From a virus (lineage: Duplodnaviria; Caudoviricetes), in the IMG/VR virus record IMGVR_UViG_3300049489_000161, positions 1 through 54,708 of that record: 54,708 nucleotides of DNA; one strand, written 5' to 3'. The notes under the pieces were generated by a model. It ran no database searches. It saw only the letters and a list, made by a program, of their open reading frames with translations, and was not told where the DNA came from. Shown here piece after piece: positions 9,011-17,939 of the stretch (its first letter is position 1; every line of letters begins with the position of its first letter). Both the position numbers and the translations under genes were made by a program.

Positions 9011-10461
9011 ACTGCGCTCCAATCCTCCTCGTAGTTCACCGAGGCTGTGCGTTGCCCGGAGTGATCAAAAAATTTCCCGTTGAAGAAGTCCAGCTCCTTC
9101 ACCGCCTGCACCGCGTAGCGCAGAGCGTCCATCATGTGGCTGTACTTGTCGTGCATCGGCTGCTGGGTCCACATCTGCAGCCGGGTGTTGAACTCGTACT
9201 TGTAGTTCTCCAGGCACTCCAGCAGCCACTGGCAGTTCCCCTCGTGGACGATCGTGTTGTACAGCATCATCCGGGTCTGTTGGATGTCGGTGACAAGTGT
9301 GTAGTCGCCACTGCGAGAGCCAGGAATCTTCCACACCTTGTTGGACTTGGCGAGCACCGCCACGTTCGGGAACCGCTGGCGCATCATGTCAGCAGGCGTG
9401 GTGTTGATCGCCCGTTCGTGATGCTCGCCGTCCCACGGCAGGATCAGCGCGGAGATCTTGTTGAACCACGGCTTCACCTGCAGATCGTCCACGTACTCCG
9501 GCAGTGCCTTGCCGTGACCCTCACCACAGTCGTAGAGGAACAGCCGCCCGTTCACCCACTGAAACGCGACCCAACTGGTGGCGTCCGACTGGATCCCCGA
9601 GGAGCCGATGTCGAAGGCCACGTACACCGGGTGGCCCGGGTCGAGGTTGAAGGCATGGACCCGCTTGTCGTCCACCATCTTCATGTACGCCTCGCCGTAC
9701 ACGGCGGCCGCGTCCATCTCCTCGAACGAGCAGTAGTATTCCTGCTCGAACATCCGGTCGTTGCCGAACCGCTTCAGGTAGGTGTCCCTGATCCGCTCGA
9801 GCTCATCCTCGGACAGCACGGGCGGAAGGCCTTCGCGCTTCATGATCGCGTTGATGTCGTTGATGTCGCGGGTGATGATCTGCGCTTCGGGGTTGGAGCG
9901 CATCGATTCCATCAACTGCCACAACGGGTTGCGGCGTTTCCCACGCGGAGTGCTCACGACCATCAGCCGCTTGTCCTCAGCCCGGTTCTCGAGAATCGGC
10001 ATCAGCCGCGGGATGGGATCCTCTCTGGTGAACAGCGCCAGCTCGGTGATCGTGTAGTCCTGGAACGACGTACCGACACCGGACTTGTCCTGGCCGGACT
10101 GGAAGTAGCCCTGCAACTTCAGCCGGCTGTGATTGGTGAACCGGCCTTCCATCACGGTGGCCTTCCAGTCCACGGTCTCTGCCGGCACGTTGTCCTGCAG
10201 CCCACGGATGTACTCCCCGGACCCTGGGTCGATGTAGGTCTTGTCCCAGAGGATGTCGCGGATCATCGGGTTGGACAGGCTGATGTAGACGCCGGTGGTC
10301 TTGGGCGTGCGCAGCCTGGCGTCGCACTGCTCCATCGACGCGGCAACGTCCTTCCCGGTCTGCCGGGGCAGCACGGCGATCCCGTATCGCTTGGTCCTCC
10401 ACATCTTGTGGAGTTCCTGTTGATAGGGCCGCGGCTTGTAGTAGACCGGGAAGGTCGGCAC
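9001..10461 (-). CDS. terL: Terminase large subunit
   Basis: PRPYQ, LPRQTGKD Walker A, VVSTPRG, FEQEYYCSF, nuclease motifs FDIGSSG and SHMMDALRY; GTG start after AGGAG. Confidence 0.93.
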   Translation of the reverse strand: MPTFPVYYKPRPYQQELHKMWRTKRYGIAVLPRQTGKDVAASMEQCDARLRTPKTTGVYISLSNPMIRDILWDKTYIDPGSGEYIRGLQDNVPAETVDWKATVMEGRFTNHSRLKLQGYFQSGQDKSGVGTSFQDYTITELALFTREDPIPRLMPILENRAEDKRLMVVSTPRGKRRNPLWQLMESMRSNPEAQIITRDINDINAIMKREGLPPVLSEDELERIRDTYLKRFGNDRMFEQEYYCSFEEMDAAAVYGEAYMKMVDDKRVHAFNLDPGHPVYVAFDIGSSGIQSDATSWVAFQWVNGRLFLYDCGEGHGKALPEYVDDLQVKPWFNKISALILPWDGEHHERAINTTPADMMRQRFPNVAVLAKSNKVWKIPGSRSGDYTLVTDIQQTRMMLYNTIVHEGNCQWLLECLENYKYEFNTRLQMWTQQPMHDKYSHMMDALRYAVQAVKELDFFNGKFFDHSGQRTASVNYEEDWSAVWA

Positions 10462-10469
10462 CGCGGCTC

Positions 10470-11009
10470 CTACTCGGGTGGGGTGATCAGGTTTTCGAGC
10501 TGACTGATCAGCGTCGTGCGTGGTTCGTCCTTGGCGCTCTCGGCGTCCAGCACGCTCAGCGCCCTGTCCGGATCGTCCCCGACCCACTCCATCAACTGCG
10601 CGATGGTGGCGTTGATGGTGGGCGAAGGATCGTCCTGCGGCGCGCTAGCACGGGCTGTGGTCGGGGTGTCGCGGATGTCAATGAGCAAAGCGATGAACAC
10701 ACCATCCACTCCGCCGGCGGTCTGATACTTCTTCAGCGCGTATGCCGCCCGCTCCCCGTCGCCGGGGACATCCTCGTCCACCCAGTCCGTGACGGCCGCC
10801 TTGTTCAGCCAGTCGGTCGGCAGCGCGTAGTTGCTTCCCGGAGGCGGGACATCAGCGAGCAGTGCGAACTGCTCGACGGTGGAGTCGAAGCTGCCTGCAT
10901 AGCCGTCACGCACGTCCTCCACGTACGCCTGTTGATCGGCTGCGGTCTCGGCGGGCGAACTCCACGAAGGATCGTGGTACTTCGTGCCGTCGTGCGGGGT
11001 GGTGGTCAT
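10470..11009 (-). CDS. Hypothetical protein
   Basis: In operon; acidic; C-terminal helical module (LMEWVGDDPDRA...PRTTLISQL). Confidence 0.75.
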   Translation of the reverse strand: MTTTPHDGTKYHDPSWSSPAETAADQQAYVEDVRDGYAGSFDSTVEQFALLADVPPPGSNYALPTDWLNKAAVTDWVDEDVPGDGERAAYALKKYQTAGGVDGVFIALLIDIRDTPTTARASAPQDDPSPTINATIAQLMEWVGDDPDRALSVLDAESAKDEPRTTLISQLENLITPPE

Positions 11010-11022
11010 GGCAGTGATCCCT

Positions 11023-12051
11023 TCAGATCTGCAAGTGTGGCAGTCCTATTGTGCCGAACAACGTCGAGAAATCTTCCTTCTCAGAACTGCTGCCGGCCTT
11101 GGCCGGGATACCTGCCTGCGGCGGGTCGACAGGCGTTGAACCCGCCGCAGGAGGTGCAGCGGGCCCAGGCTGTGCCTGCTGCGTAGCGGGGCCGCTCCCC
11201 GCCGTCTGTGCCCTGGCCGCCTGTTGGCTGCGCAGGTTGTCGATGATGGGCTGCACCGGGATGCTATAGCCCTGCAACTTGCCGTCCTGCCGGATCTCGT
11301 ACGGAGCCGCCAGGGTTGCGAACTCATCGGCGAGCTGCCGGTTGAACGTCTTGACGCCGGGGATCAGATCGGGGTTGTTCTTGAACAGATCGATCGACGC
11401 ATGCACGGTCTGGAGGAACTGCTGTGAGCCCTCCATCTTCGTCTGGGCCGCTTCCCTGATCTCCTGCACGAGAATGCTGCGGACAGCCTCCTGCCACTCC
11501 TTGGCGTCGTTGCTGTCCTTCAGCCGCTCCATCCCCTCCCTGCCAATGGCCGGCACCTCGGTGCCCACCAGCAGCCGGGGGTGCTTCTCGAGCGCCGCAA
11601 AGTAGTTCTCGTAGTCCTTGCGGGCCTGCTCAAACGCCTCCTGCTGGTAGCCCTGGACGATGTTCTGCTCGATCTTGGTGCTCAACTCGCCAAGTCGTGG
11701 GATGAATGTGGCGGGTTCTGCTGTCCAATCAGCGGGAAGATCTGCTGGCTGGCTGACGGCTGCAGGCTGTTGAGCACTTCCATCAGCAGCTCCTCCTGAA
11801 GTTGAAGCCGCTTGTGCTGTGGTTGCTGACTCTGCTCCAGCCGCCGCATTGCCTGGGCTACCGGCTGCAGAGCTTCCCACAGCAGCTCCCTCTGCTGGCG
11901 TAGGAGCTGGGCTTGCTGGTTGTTCAGCAGTCGCTCCATCTCCTGCAGCTGGCGTAGCCTCGCCCTCTGGCGCCAACGCATCCATGAGAGCACTGAATGC
12001 AGCATCGCCAGTGCCTTGGAGCTCCACTGCTTCACGGGTGTCCTCACTCAT
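11023..12051 (-). CDS. Putative scaffolding-like protein
   Basis: Ala/Pro/Ser-rich N-terminal linker, helical core, short C-terminal tail; function is inferred. Confidence 0.6.
   Translation of the reverse strand: MSEDTREAVELQGTGDAAFSALMDALAPEGEATPAAGDGATAEQPASPAPTPAEGAAVGSSAAGSPGNAAAGAESATTAQAASTSGGAADGSAQQPAAVSQPADLPADWTAEPATFIPRLGELSTKIEQNIVQGYQQEAFEQARKDYENYFAALEKHPRLLVGTEVPAIGREGMERLKDSNDAKEWQEAVRSILVQEIREAAQTKMEGSQQFLQTVHASIDLFKNNPDLIPGVKTFNRQLADEFATLAAPYEIRQDGKLQGYSIPVQPIIDNLRSQQAARAQTAGSGPATQQAQPGPAAPPAAGSTPVDPPQAGIPAKAGSSSEKEDFSTLFGTIGLPHLQI
11682..12005 (-). CDS. Candidate nested overlapping coiled-coil protein in an alternative frame
   Basis: This frame has G/C-ending codons (CTG/CAG/GAG) while the host frame has atypical A/T-ending codons. 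Confidence 0.45.
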   Translation of the reverse strand: MLHSVLSWMRWRQRARLRQLQEMERLLNNQQAQLLRQQRELLWEALQPVAQAMRRLEQSQQPQHKRLQLQEELLMEVLNSLQPSASQQIFPLIGQQNPPHSSHDLAS

Positions 12052-12616
12052 TGCTGTCCCAGTTCGTCTTCATCTCCTCGAGCTCGGCCCGGAGCAGTTC
12101 CTGTGCGGTCTCGGTGAACTCAAAATCGATCTGGTCGAGCAGACTGGTAAGACCCACACTGCCGAAGAACATCTTGTGGACTTCGGAGATCGCCGCCAGT
12201 TCGATGGCCGCGTCGTGCTGCTCACAGTTCCAGTCGAGTTCCCACGACAGGATCGTCTTCTGCCAGGAGATGATGACGTTGAGGTAGTGCAGGTTGTTCT
12301 GCTCCGCATCCTCCTCGGGAGTGGTGGCGCTGTCCCAGTTCTCGTCGGTGTCCAGCTCCGCCTGCAGCCCGTCCAGCAGTTCGTCAAGTTTGGCGTAGTA
12401 CAGGTCGCGGTAGTGCGGCATGTCGGCGAAACCCAGGTCGGCGTGCGTCGACACGATCCGGGTGGCCCACTGCGGAGTGATCCGCTCCTTGCGAACCGTC
12501 TTCGAGGACAGCAGGATCTCCCGCCACATCTTCAGGATCGGGCTATACGCCACGTCCTGGGTGTCGCCAAGGATGTCTTCGACGGTGAGCTCGGTGGCTT
12601 CGGTGCTGTCGGTCAC
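12044..12616 (-). CDS. Hypothetical acidic protein
   Basis: Overlaps both neighbours; phage codon usage. Confidence 0.8.
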   Translation of the reverse strand: MTDSTEATELTVEDILGDTQDVAYSPILKMWREILLSSKTVRKERITPQWATRIVSTHADLGFADMPHYRDLYYAKLDELLDGLQAELDTDENWDSATTPEEDAEQNNLHYLNVIISWQKTILSWELDWNCEQHDAAIELAAISEVHKMFFGSVGLTSLLDQIDFEFTETAQELLRAELEEMKTNWDSNE

Positions 12617-13419
12617 TGGATTTTTCCCATCAGTTGGAGTTGGCGGTGCTCGGCCTGGATCGTACGAACCACAGACCGGATGTCGTAGCAGAGGTCGTTC
12701 TCGATGTAGACCTTCTTGCAGGTCTCGGGAACCATCTCGCTGCCCCCGTAGTAGTCCTGCACGTCGAACAGGTTGAAGCCTTCCCGCCCGTTGTAGCAGT
12801 GAATCTTGAACGGAAACCGAGGATCGGTGTAAATGCCGACCTGGTAGGAGGGAAGCGTGATCTTCACTTCGGCGGGGCGTTGAGCCTGCTCCCCGGAAAC
12901 CTCGAAGGTTTCCACGTAGTCACCGTTGCGCACGGTCTGCGTGGTGACTCCGGTATCCATGTATTTCAAGACGCGCCGGCCACGGGGCTTCGGGTATGCG
13001 GGCTTTTGCACTTCCTCCTGGTGCCACTTCCGCCCCAACTCGTCAATGCGGATGACCTCATCGGGCGCTGCGGTGTTGAGCCGCTGTCCGGGCATCTCGT
13101 TGGGATCGGGCTGACTGGAGACGACGACGGTGGTCTCCTCCAGTTTCTCGACAACGGGCCCCTGAGGTGGCGCTGCCGGGGCAGGAGCAGGGTCGTCGTA
13201 GCCGAAGAACGACGCCGGGGGTGTTTGGTCGTCGTCGCCGTTCAGCGCCTGTGAGAGGCCTTCCTGGGCTTCTGGGCCGGGGTCGTCAGCCGGCACCTGC
13301 CCGTGGCTGACGAGAGTGTCCTTGAGTTCGTCCACCGACCACTGCCGGTAGTGCTTCGTGATGGGTACTCCGGCGTCCCTCAACTGTTTGTAGAGGACGC
13401 TCTTGTACTGCTGGGACAC
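12613..13419 (-). CDS. Hypothetical protein
   Basis: AGGAGG RBS before GTG; small helical N-terminal module, then a Pro-rich linker. Confidence 0.8.
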   Translation of the reverse strand: MSQQYKSVLYKQLRDAGVPITKHYRQWSVDELKDTLVSHGQVPADDPGPEAQEGLSQALNGDDDQTPPASFFGYDDPAPAPAAPPQGPVVEKLEETTVVVSSQPDPNEMPGQRLNTAAPDEVIRIDELGRKWHQEEVQKPAYPKPRGRRVLKYMDTGVTTQTVRNGDYVETFEVSGEQAQRPAEVKITLPSYQVGIYTDPRFPFKIHCYNGREGFNLFDVQDYYGGSEMVPETCKKVYIENDLCYDIRSVVRTIQAEHRQLQLMGKIQ

Positions 13420-13500
13420 AGACCCTCCTAGGTGGTCTACGAGCCTTTACAGGGCTTCTCTGCGCTTCGACCCTACCCCAGACCCCCCGACGCCGGGGGA

Positions 13501-13591
13501 TGTAGACACACGTAGACAACGAAAAAAGCTCCCTTTTCTTATATATACATCTCCTTAAAGGGGGTTTTTTCGCTGTCTACAACTGTCTACA
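13501..13591 (-). repeat. TGTAGACA-box element, copy A
   Basis: Paired (T/C)GTAGACA boxes 10 nt apart at each end in inverted orientation around an AT-rich core; matches 48444-48533. Confidence 0.9.
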
Positions 13592-16500
13592 TTCTGCTGT
13601 AGTCCCGACCGGGCTCCGGCACCCCGTTGGCGTACAGCGCCGAGTTGCCTTCCTGCACATTCCGCGCATACTCGAAGGTCTCCACACTGCCCTGCGCGTA
13701 ACCGACGTTCACACTCACCGGCGTGTAGCGGTACTGCACGGTGTTGAACTGCCCCGACGACGGCAGACCGTCCACGCTATGAGCGAAGAAGTACCACTGC
13801 TGCAGATCCCTGCGCACCAGAAGTTCGTCACTGCGCTCCCACGACAGTCCCTCATAGTCGGGGCCGCGGTCATCGGAGAATCGCTTCACCAGATTGACCG
13901 GTCCACCGTTGAGCGCCTTCGCCCGGATGCCGTACTCCATCGTGCCGACGAAATCCCCCAGCGTCAGGGAGACCTGCTGTAGATGTGCCCAGGCGTCGTG
14001 GGCCTTGTTCGCGCCCTGCGTGTTCATCTCGAAGAACCACGGGATCGGACGCTGCCCCACTTCCCGGACTGTGGGCTGTGCCGGGTCTTTGGCCGGCAGC
14101 ACGTAGTCGTCCTGCCGTGCGTCCGGGTCGAGGTAGAACAGCCCGTCCGGACGTACCACGCCGACGAACACTCGTGCCCCGTACTCGATCACCCGCAGTG
14201 ACGCGGCCTGGATCAGGAACCGTGACCACGTTCCCGACTCTCCGCCGGCCACGTCGTACACCCAGATCTCGTTACCGAGGCAGCCGTCCTCCAATTGCTC
14301 ACCCCGCGGATTCTTCACCAGGAAGTAGAGCCGGTTGTCCTGCACCGCGCTGACGATCCACTGCTTGTCCTGCAGCTGCTCCCACATGTTGGAGATGTCA
14401 TCGGACAACGTCTTGTGGTTGATGTTGTAGTTCTGCGCCGTCGACTTCAGCAGCGCCCGGTCGATGGGCCGGATCAGCGCGTTGTTGTGGACCAGCACTC
14501 CATACGGCGACATCGTTCCGGGTGTGTTCGTGGTCTCCTCAAAACCCATCACCGCCGTCGAGGACGACTGTGCCGTCAGATCGGCCGGCGCCATGTAGTA
14601 GCAGATCGAGGTGCCGTCGCTGCCCAGGCACAGGATGGTGACGGTGTCCACGGACTGCGGGTTTTGCCACAGCACCACCGAACCGGGGACATGCAGGTTG
14701 CCGGACGACAACGTCTTCACGCCGCCACCCCGGTGCGCGGTGAACTTCGTGTACTCGCCAGGGCGGTTGGTCGTCCACCGCACTGCCGCCGGTTCCTCCG
14801 CATCTCCCGCGAGGATGATCCGGTCTCCGGCCACCAGCCCTGCACGGGCCTTCGGCGGCCGCGAGTAGTTGACCCGGTTGGTCGGTGACGGCAGCGGCAT
14901 TGAGTCGATGGTGAACTTCCGGTTCGGGGTGATGTTGATCCAACCACCCTTCACGTATGGCAGCACCTCGTTGCGCATGCGTGCGGCGTCATCGGCGAAC
15001 AACTCCCGCGACCCGGCCCAGGTCGCCTCCACCGGGACTGGATCCTGATCGGACCAGGAGAACGTGTACAGGTGCCAGCGCAGCGCACCGGCTGTGACGG
15101 CATGGTCGTACACCGCCTGCGGAACCGTGGCCACCAGTTGGTCGGCACACAGGTCGGCGGTGCTGGTCACCTTCGTCGGGTCGGGCTCGTTGCTGCCGTT
15201 CGGCTGCAGCCACAGCCAGTTCGACTGCGGCCGCTTGATCCGTACCTCAGTCATCTTTGACGGCGCGGACTCGCCGAGCTCCGTCTCGAAAGTGTAGAAG
15301 AAGCCCATCTTGTACTTGTTGTCCGCGATGGCACCGTTGTTGATCAGAGCTTCCGCACCACGGCTGCCACTCGGCTCCGGGGGTGGGATCTCATCGGGGT
15401 CGACCCGCGTGATCTCGACGCTGGGGCTGAGATTCGGCGCTGCCACGTTCTCCCAGGAGTACGTGATCTTCCCCGCGCTGGGTGTTGAGCCGTCGAAGTA
15501 GGCATCCACCGTGGCAGAGTCGGACTCGATCATCCCGGCGTCCAGGGAGAACATCTGCAACGGCGTCGCGCCCTTGATCGTGATGCTGATGTCGGCCACG
15601 ACCGCGTTCGGTTTGCCGGGGGTGACGACCGCTCCGGGTCGCACCCACCCCGTACCGTCCCCGGAGGCCTTCGTGTCGGAGACGAGCGCCTCCTCCTTGC
15701 GGTCCCGGTCGTACAGCCGCAGATCCAGGGTGACGTCCTTCGGAGTTCCGATCGCTTCTTTGCGAACGTGCATGCTGCCGGCGACCGGCCCGCCCGGGAT
15801 GATCGGAACCCTGAGCGAGGTGACGGTGAGATCGGTCGGCCCCCACTCCACCGAGGGGGACTGGTTCGCCGGGCCCTGCCAGAAGAAGTCGTTGCCGGAT
15901 GCACCGCTGAAAAAGGCTGTCGACTCGTTGGCACGGCAGAACATCACCTTCTTCACCTTCGCCCAGGACAGCGTCTTCTTCGTGCTGTCGGCCCCAAGGT
16001 AGATCCGTGCGGTCACCGCGTTGTCCGGAGCTTCGATCGCCGGGCTCTCCCAGGTGCCGGAGCGCGGCTCGGGGGAGAACTTGATCGGCTCCCCGATCTC
16101 GGTGCCGTTGTTGCGGTAGAACTGCACACGGGCCCTGGCGACCGCATCCTCACTGAGGTCGTACTCGTAGGCCAGGTGGTACTTCTTGCCGGGCTCGATG
16201 TCGTCGTACTTGGCGCTGCGCGCCAGGAACACGTTCTTGCCCTTCTCGTCGGTGAGCTTCATCCAGTCACCGTCTTTGCTGAGCTTCGGGTCTCCCTTGT
16301 CCGCGGTCCATCCGTCCAGCCCGGTGGCCGAGACGTTGTGCAGCGGAGACGTGGCGAGGTTCTTGCGGCTGGGCAGCGACCACACCTGCAGCACGCTGTT
16401 GCTGCCCGCCTGTGCCGGAGAGGACGAACGGATGATCCGCCAGGCACAGTGGGCGCTCTTGTCCCAGTGGGTGAACCCCGCCTCGAACGATGGGTTGAGC

Positions 16501-17177
16501 AGCTCGTTGCGACGGGCGTCGTAGCCCCGCTTGTCGATCCATCCTCGTGAGGGGTGGACCACGGTGGGCTTGTGGTCGTCGCTCCACTCCGGCTGGGTGA
16601 CGGAGTTCATCCGCTTGGCGACCTTCTCGGTGCCCACCATGAACAGCCGCACCGAGTCGCCGGCGTCCGACAGTGCCAGGATCTTGTTGTCGATCTGCAG
16701 GTACGACACGTACTTGGTGGCCGCACTGAAGTTCAGGGTCGCCACACCCTGCGGGATGTAGAACCCCACCTTCTCGTGGTCGAGCGGGAACACGATCTGG
16801 TTCGGCTCGGAGAACAGCATCACCCGGAACCCGACGGTCTGGTCCGGCTCCCGGGTGGCGAACAGCAAAGCCCGTGATCCGTTGTTCAGGTAGAACGGCT
16901 CCATCGATCCGACCAGTGGTTGATCGAACGCGATCCCCGGCACGTCGATCGCCGTCTTGTCCATGTCGGGGGTGTCGAGGTAGGACATGTACCGCAGACC
17001 GGGACGCACGGCCAGTCCGCGGTCGCGGGTGACCATCATGTTCTCCATCAGCCGGCACGAGGTCGGGTCGGACAACCCCGGCGGGTATGCCGTGGACCAG
17101 CCGGTGAAGTTGCGCAGGTACGCCCTCGACAGTGGTCGGTCGATCGGGGGCGGTGTCTGCTTCTTCGCGCCAGCCAT
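13587..17177 (-). CDS. Tail nozzle / stabilization protein (P22 gp10/T7 gp12-like) with inserted carbohydrate-binding-like domains
   Basis: NFTGW...ENMMV...LAVRPG N-terminus, beta-rich repeats, IWVYD...WSRF; insert begins NELLNPSFEAG; follows the adaptor gene. Confidence 0.65.
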   Translation of the reverse strand: MAGAKKQTPPPIDRPLSRAYLRNFTGWSTAYPPGLSDPTSCRLMENMMVTRDRGLAVRPGLRYMSYLDTPDMDKTAIDVPGIAFDQPLVGSMEPFYLNNGSRALLFATREPDQTVGFRVMLFSEPNQIVFPLDHEKVGFYIPQGVATLNFSAATKYVSYLQIDNKILALSDAGDSVRLFMVGTEKVAKRMNSVTQPEWSDDHKPTVVHPSRGWIDKRGYDARRNELLNPSFEAGFTHWDKSAHCAWRIIRSSSPAQAGSNSVLQVWSLPSRKNLATSPLHNVSATGLDGWTADKGDPKLSKDGDWMKLTDEKGKNVFLARSAKYDDIEPGKKYHLAYEYDLSEDAVARARVQFYRNNGTEIGEPIKFSPEPRSGTWESPAIEAPDNAVTARIYLGADSTKKTLSWAKVKKVMFCRANESTAFFSGASGNDFFWQGPANQSPSVEWGPTDLTVTSLRVPIIPGGPVAGSMHVRKEAIGTPKDVTLDLRLYDRDRKEEALVSDTKASGDGTGWVRPGAVVTPGKPNAVVADISITIKGATPLQMFSLDAGMIESDSATVDAYFDGSTPSAGKITYSWENVAAPNLSPSVEITRVDPDEIPPPEPSGSRGAEALINNGAIADNKYKMGFFYTFETELGESAPSKMTEVRIKRPQSNWLWLQPNGSNEPDPTKVTSTADLCADQLVATVPQAVYDHAVTAGALRWHLYTFSWSDQDPVPVEATWAGSRELFADDAARMRNEVLPYVKGGWINITPNRKFTIDSMPLPSPTNRVNYSRPPKARAGLVAGDRIILAGDAEEPAAVRWTTNRPGEYTKFTAHRGGGVKTLSSGNLHVPGSVVLWQNPQSVDTVTILCLGSDGTSICYYMAPADLTAQSSSTAVMGFEETTNTPGTMSPYGVLVHNNALIRPIDRALLKSTAQNYNINHKTLSDDISNMWEQLQDKQWIVSAVQDNRLYFLVKNPRGEQLEDGCLGNEIWVYDVAGGESGTWSRFLIQAASLRVIEYGARVFVGVVRPDGLFYLDPDARQDDYVLPAKDPAQPTVREVGQRPIPWFFEMNTQGANKAHDAWAHLQQVSLTLGDFVGTMEYGIRAKALNGGPVNLVKRFSDDRGPDYEGLSWERSDELLVRRDLQQWYFFAHSVDGLPSSGQFNTVQYRYTPVSVNVGYAQGSVETFEYARNVQEGNSALYANGVPEPGRDYSRM

Positions 17178-17186
17178 GCTGCTCCT

Positions 17187-17939
17187 TTAGAAGTCCGAGT
17201 GGGGGTGGCGGTGTTGCGTGGTCTCCGGCACCAGCCCGCTCTCCACCGGCAGGGTGAACGAGTTCATGTACGGCATGTCGGTGTTGCGAGACTCCCGCTC
17301 GAGCACCTGGTACATGACGTCCTTGTAGTTGCCCTCCAGCGTGGGAACCCGCGGCTGCATCACCGGGTCGGTCTGCGCGTAGTAGAACGCTGCACGGGCG
17401 GTGATGACGTCCGGGTAGTCGAAGTCGATGAACTGGTTGCGGATCGACTCCGAGACATCCTCCCCGGTCTCCGGCAGCCGGAACATCCGAGGCTCCCGCA
17501 TCACCGGGATCTCGATGGTCAGCCCATCCTCGGCACGGGTCAGCGGCCGGGAGAACAGCAGCGACTGCCGGGTGATCGCGCACCACAGACCGGGCTCCCA
17601 CTCGTACTTGGGCAGAGACGCCCGTGGCAGGAACTGCGCCCACACGATCGAGCGTCCGTCCTCCACCAGACGCACCGCGTCGTCGTTGAGGATGCGGGGC
17701 CGCAGGTTCGTGGGGATCAGCACCTCGCGCATACCGACCACAGCCTTGCCGATGTCCAGCGTGGAGGCGTAGAACGCCCACTCGCTCTCCAGTGCGTTGG
17801 CTCGCAGCGCCCTGTTGAGTGCGCGGGTGACGGCGCGGTACCGGTCGAACTCCGCCTGGTAGGTCAGGTCCAGCCCGTCCAGCATGCCGAGCACTTCCGC
17901 GACACCATCGTCAAGGGTGAACCTCAGTTCAGTGTTCAT
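17187..17939 (-). CDS. Putative head-to-tail adaptor (tail tubular A-like)
   Basis: ~250 aa; ALNRALR..W.F pattern; immediately upstream of the nozzle; ATGA-coupled. Confidence 0.6.
   Translation of the reverse strand: MNTELRFTLDDGVAEVLGMLDGLDLTYQAEFDRYRAVTRALNRALRANALESEWAFYASTLDIGKAVVGMREVLIPTNLRPRILNDDAVRLVEDGRSIVWAQFLPRASLPKYEWEPGLWCAITRQSLLFSRPLTRAEDGLTIEIPVMREPRMFRLPETGEDVSESIRNQFIDFDYPDVITARAAFYYAQTDPVMQPRVPTLEGNYKDVMYQVLERESRNTDMPYMNSFTLPVESGLVPETTQHRHPHSDF

Noticed and set aside
13501-13591. TGT...ACA element as a MITE or transposon end
   Set aside because: No transposase, no obvious target-site duplication, and lone boxes occur outside the element; protein-binding sites fit better
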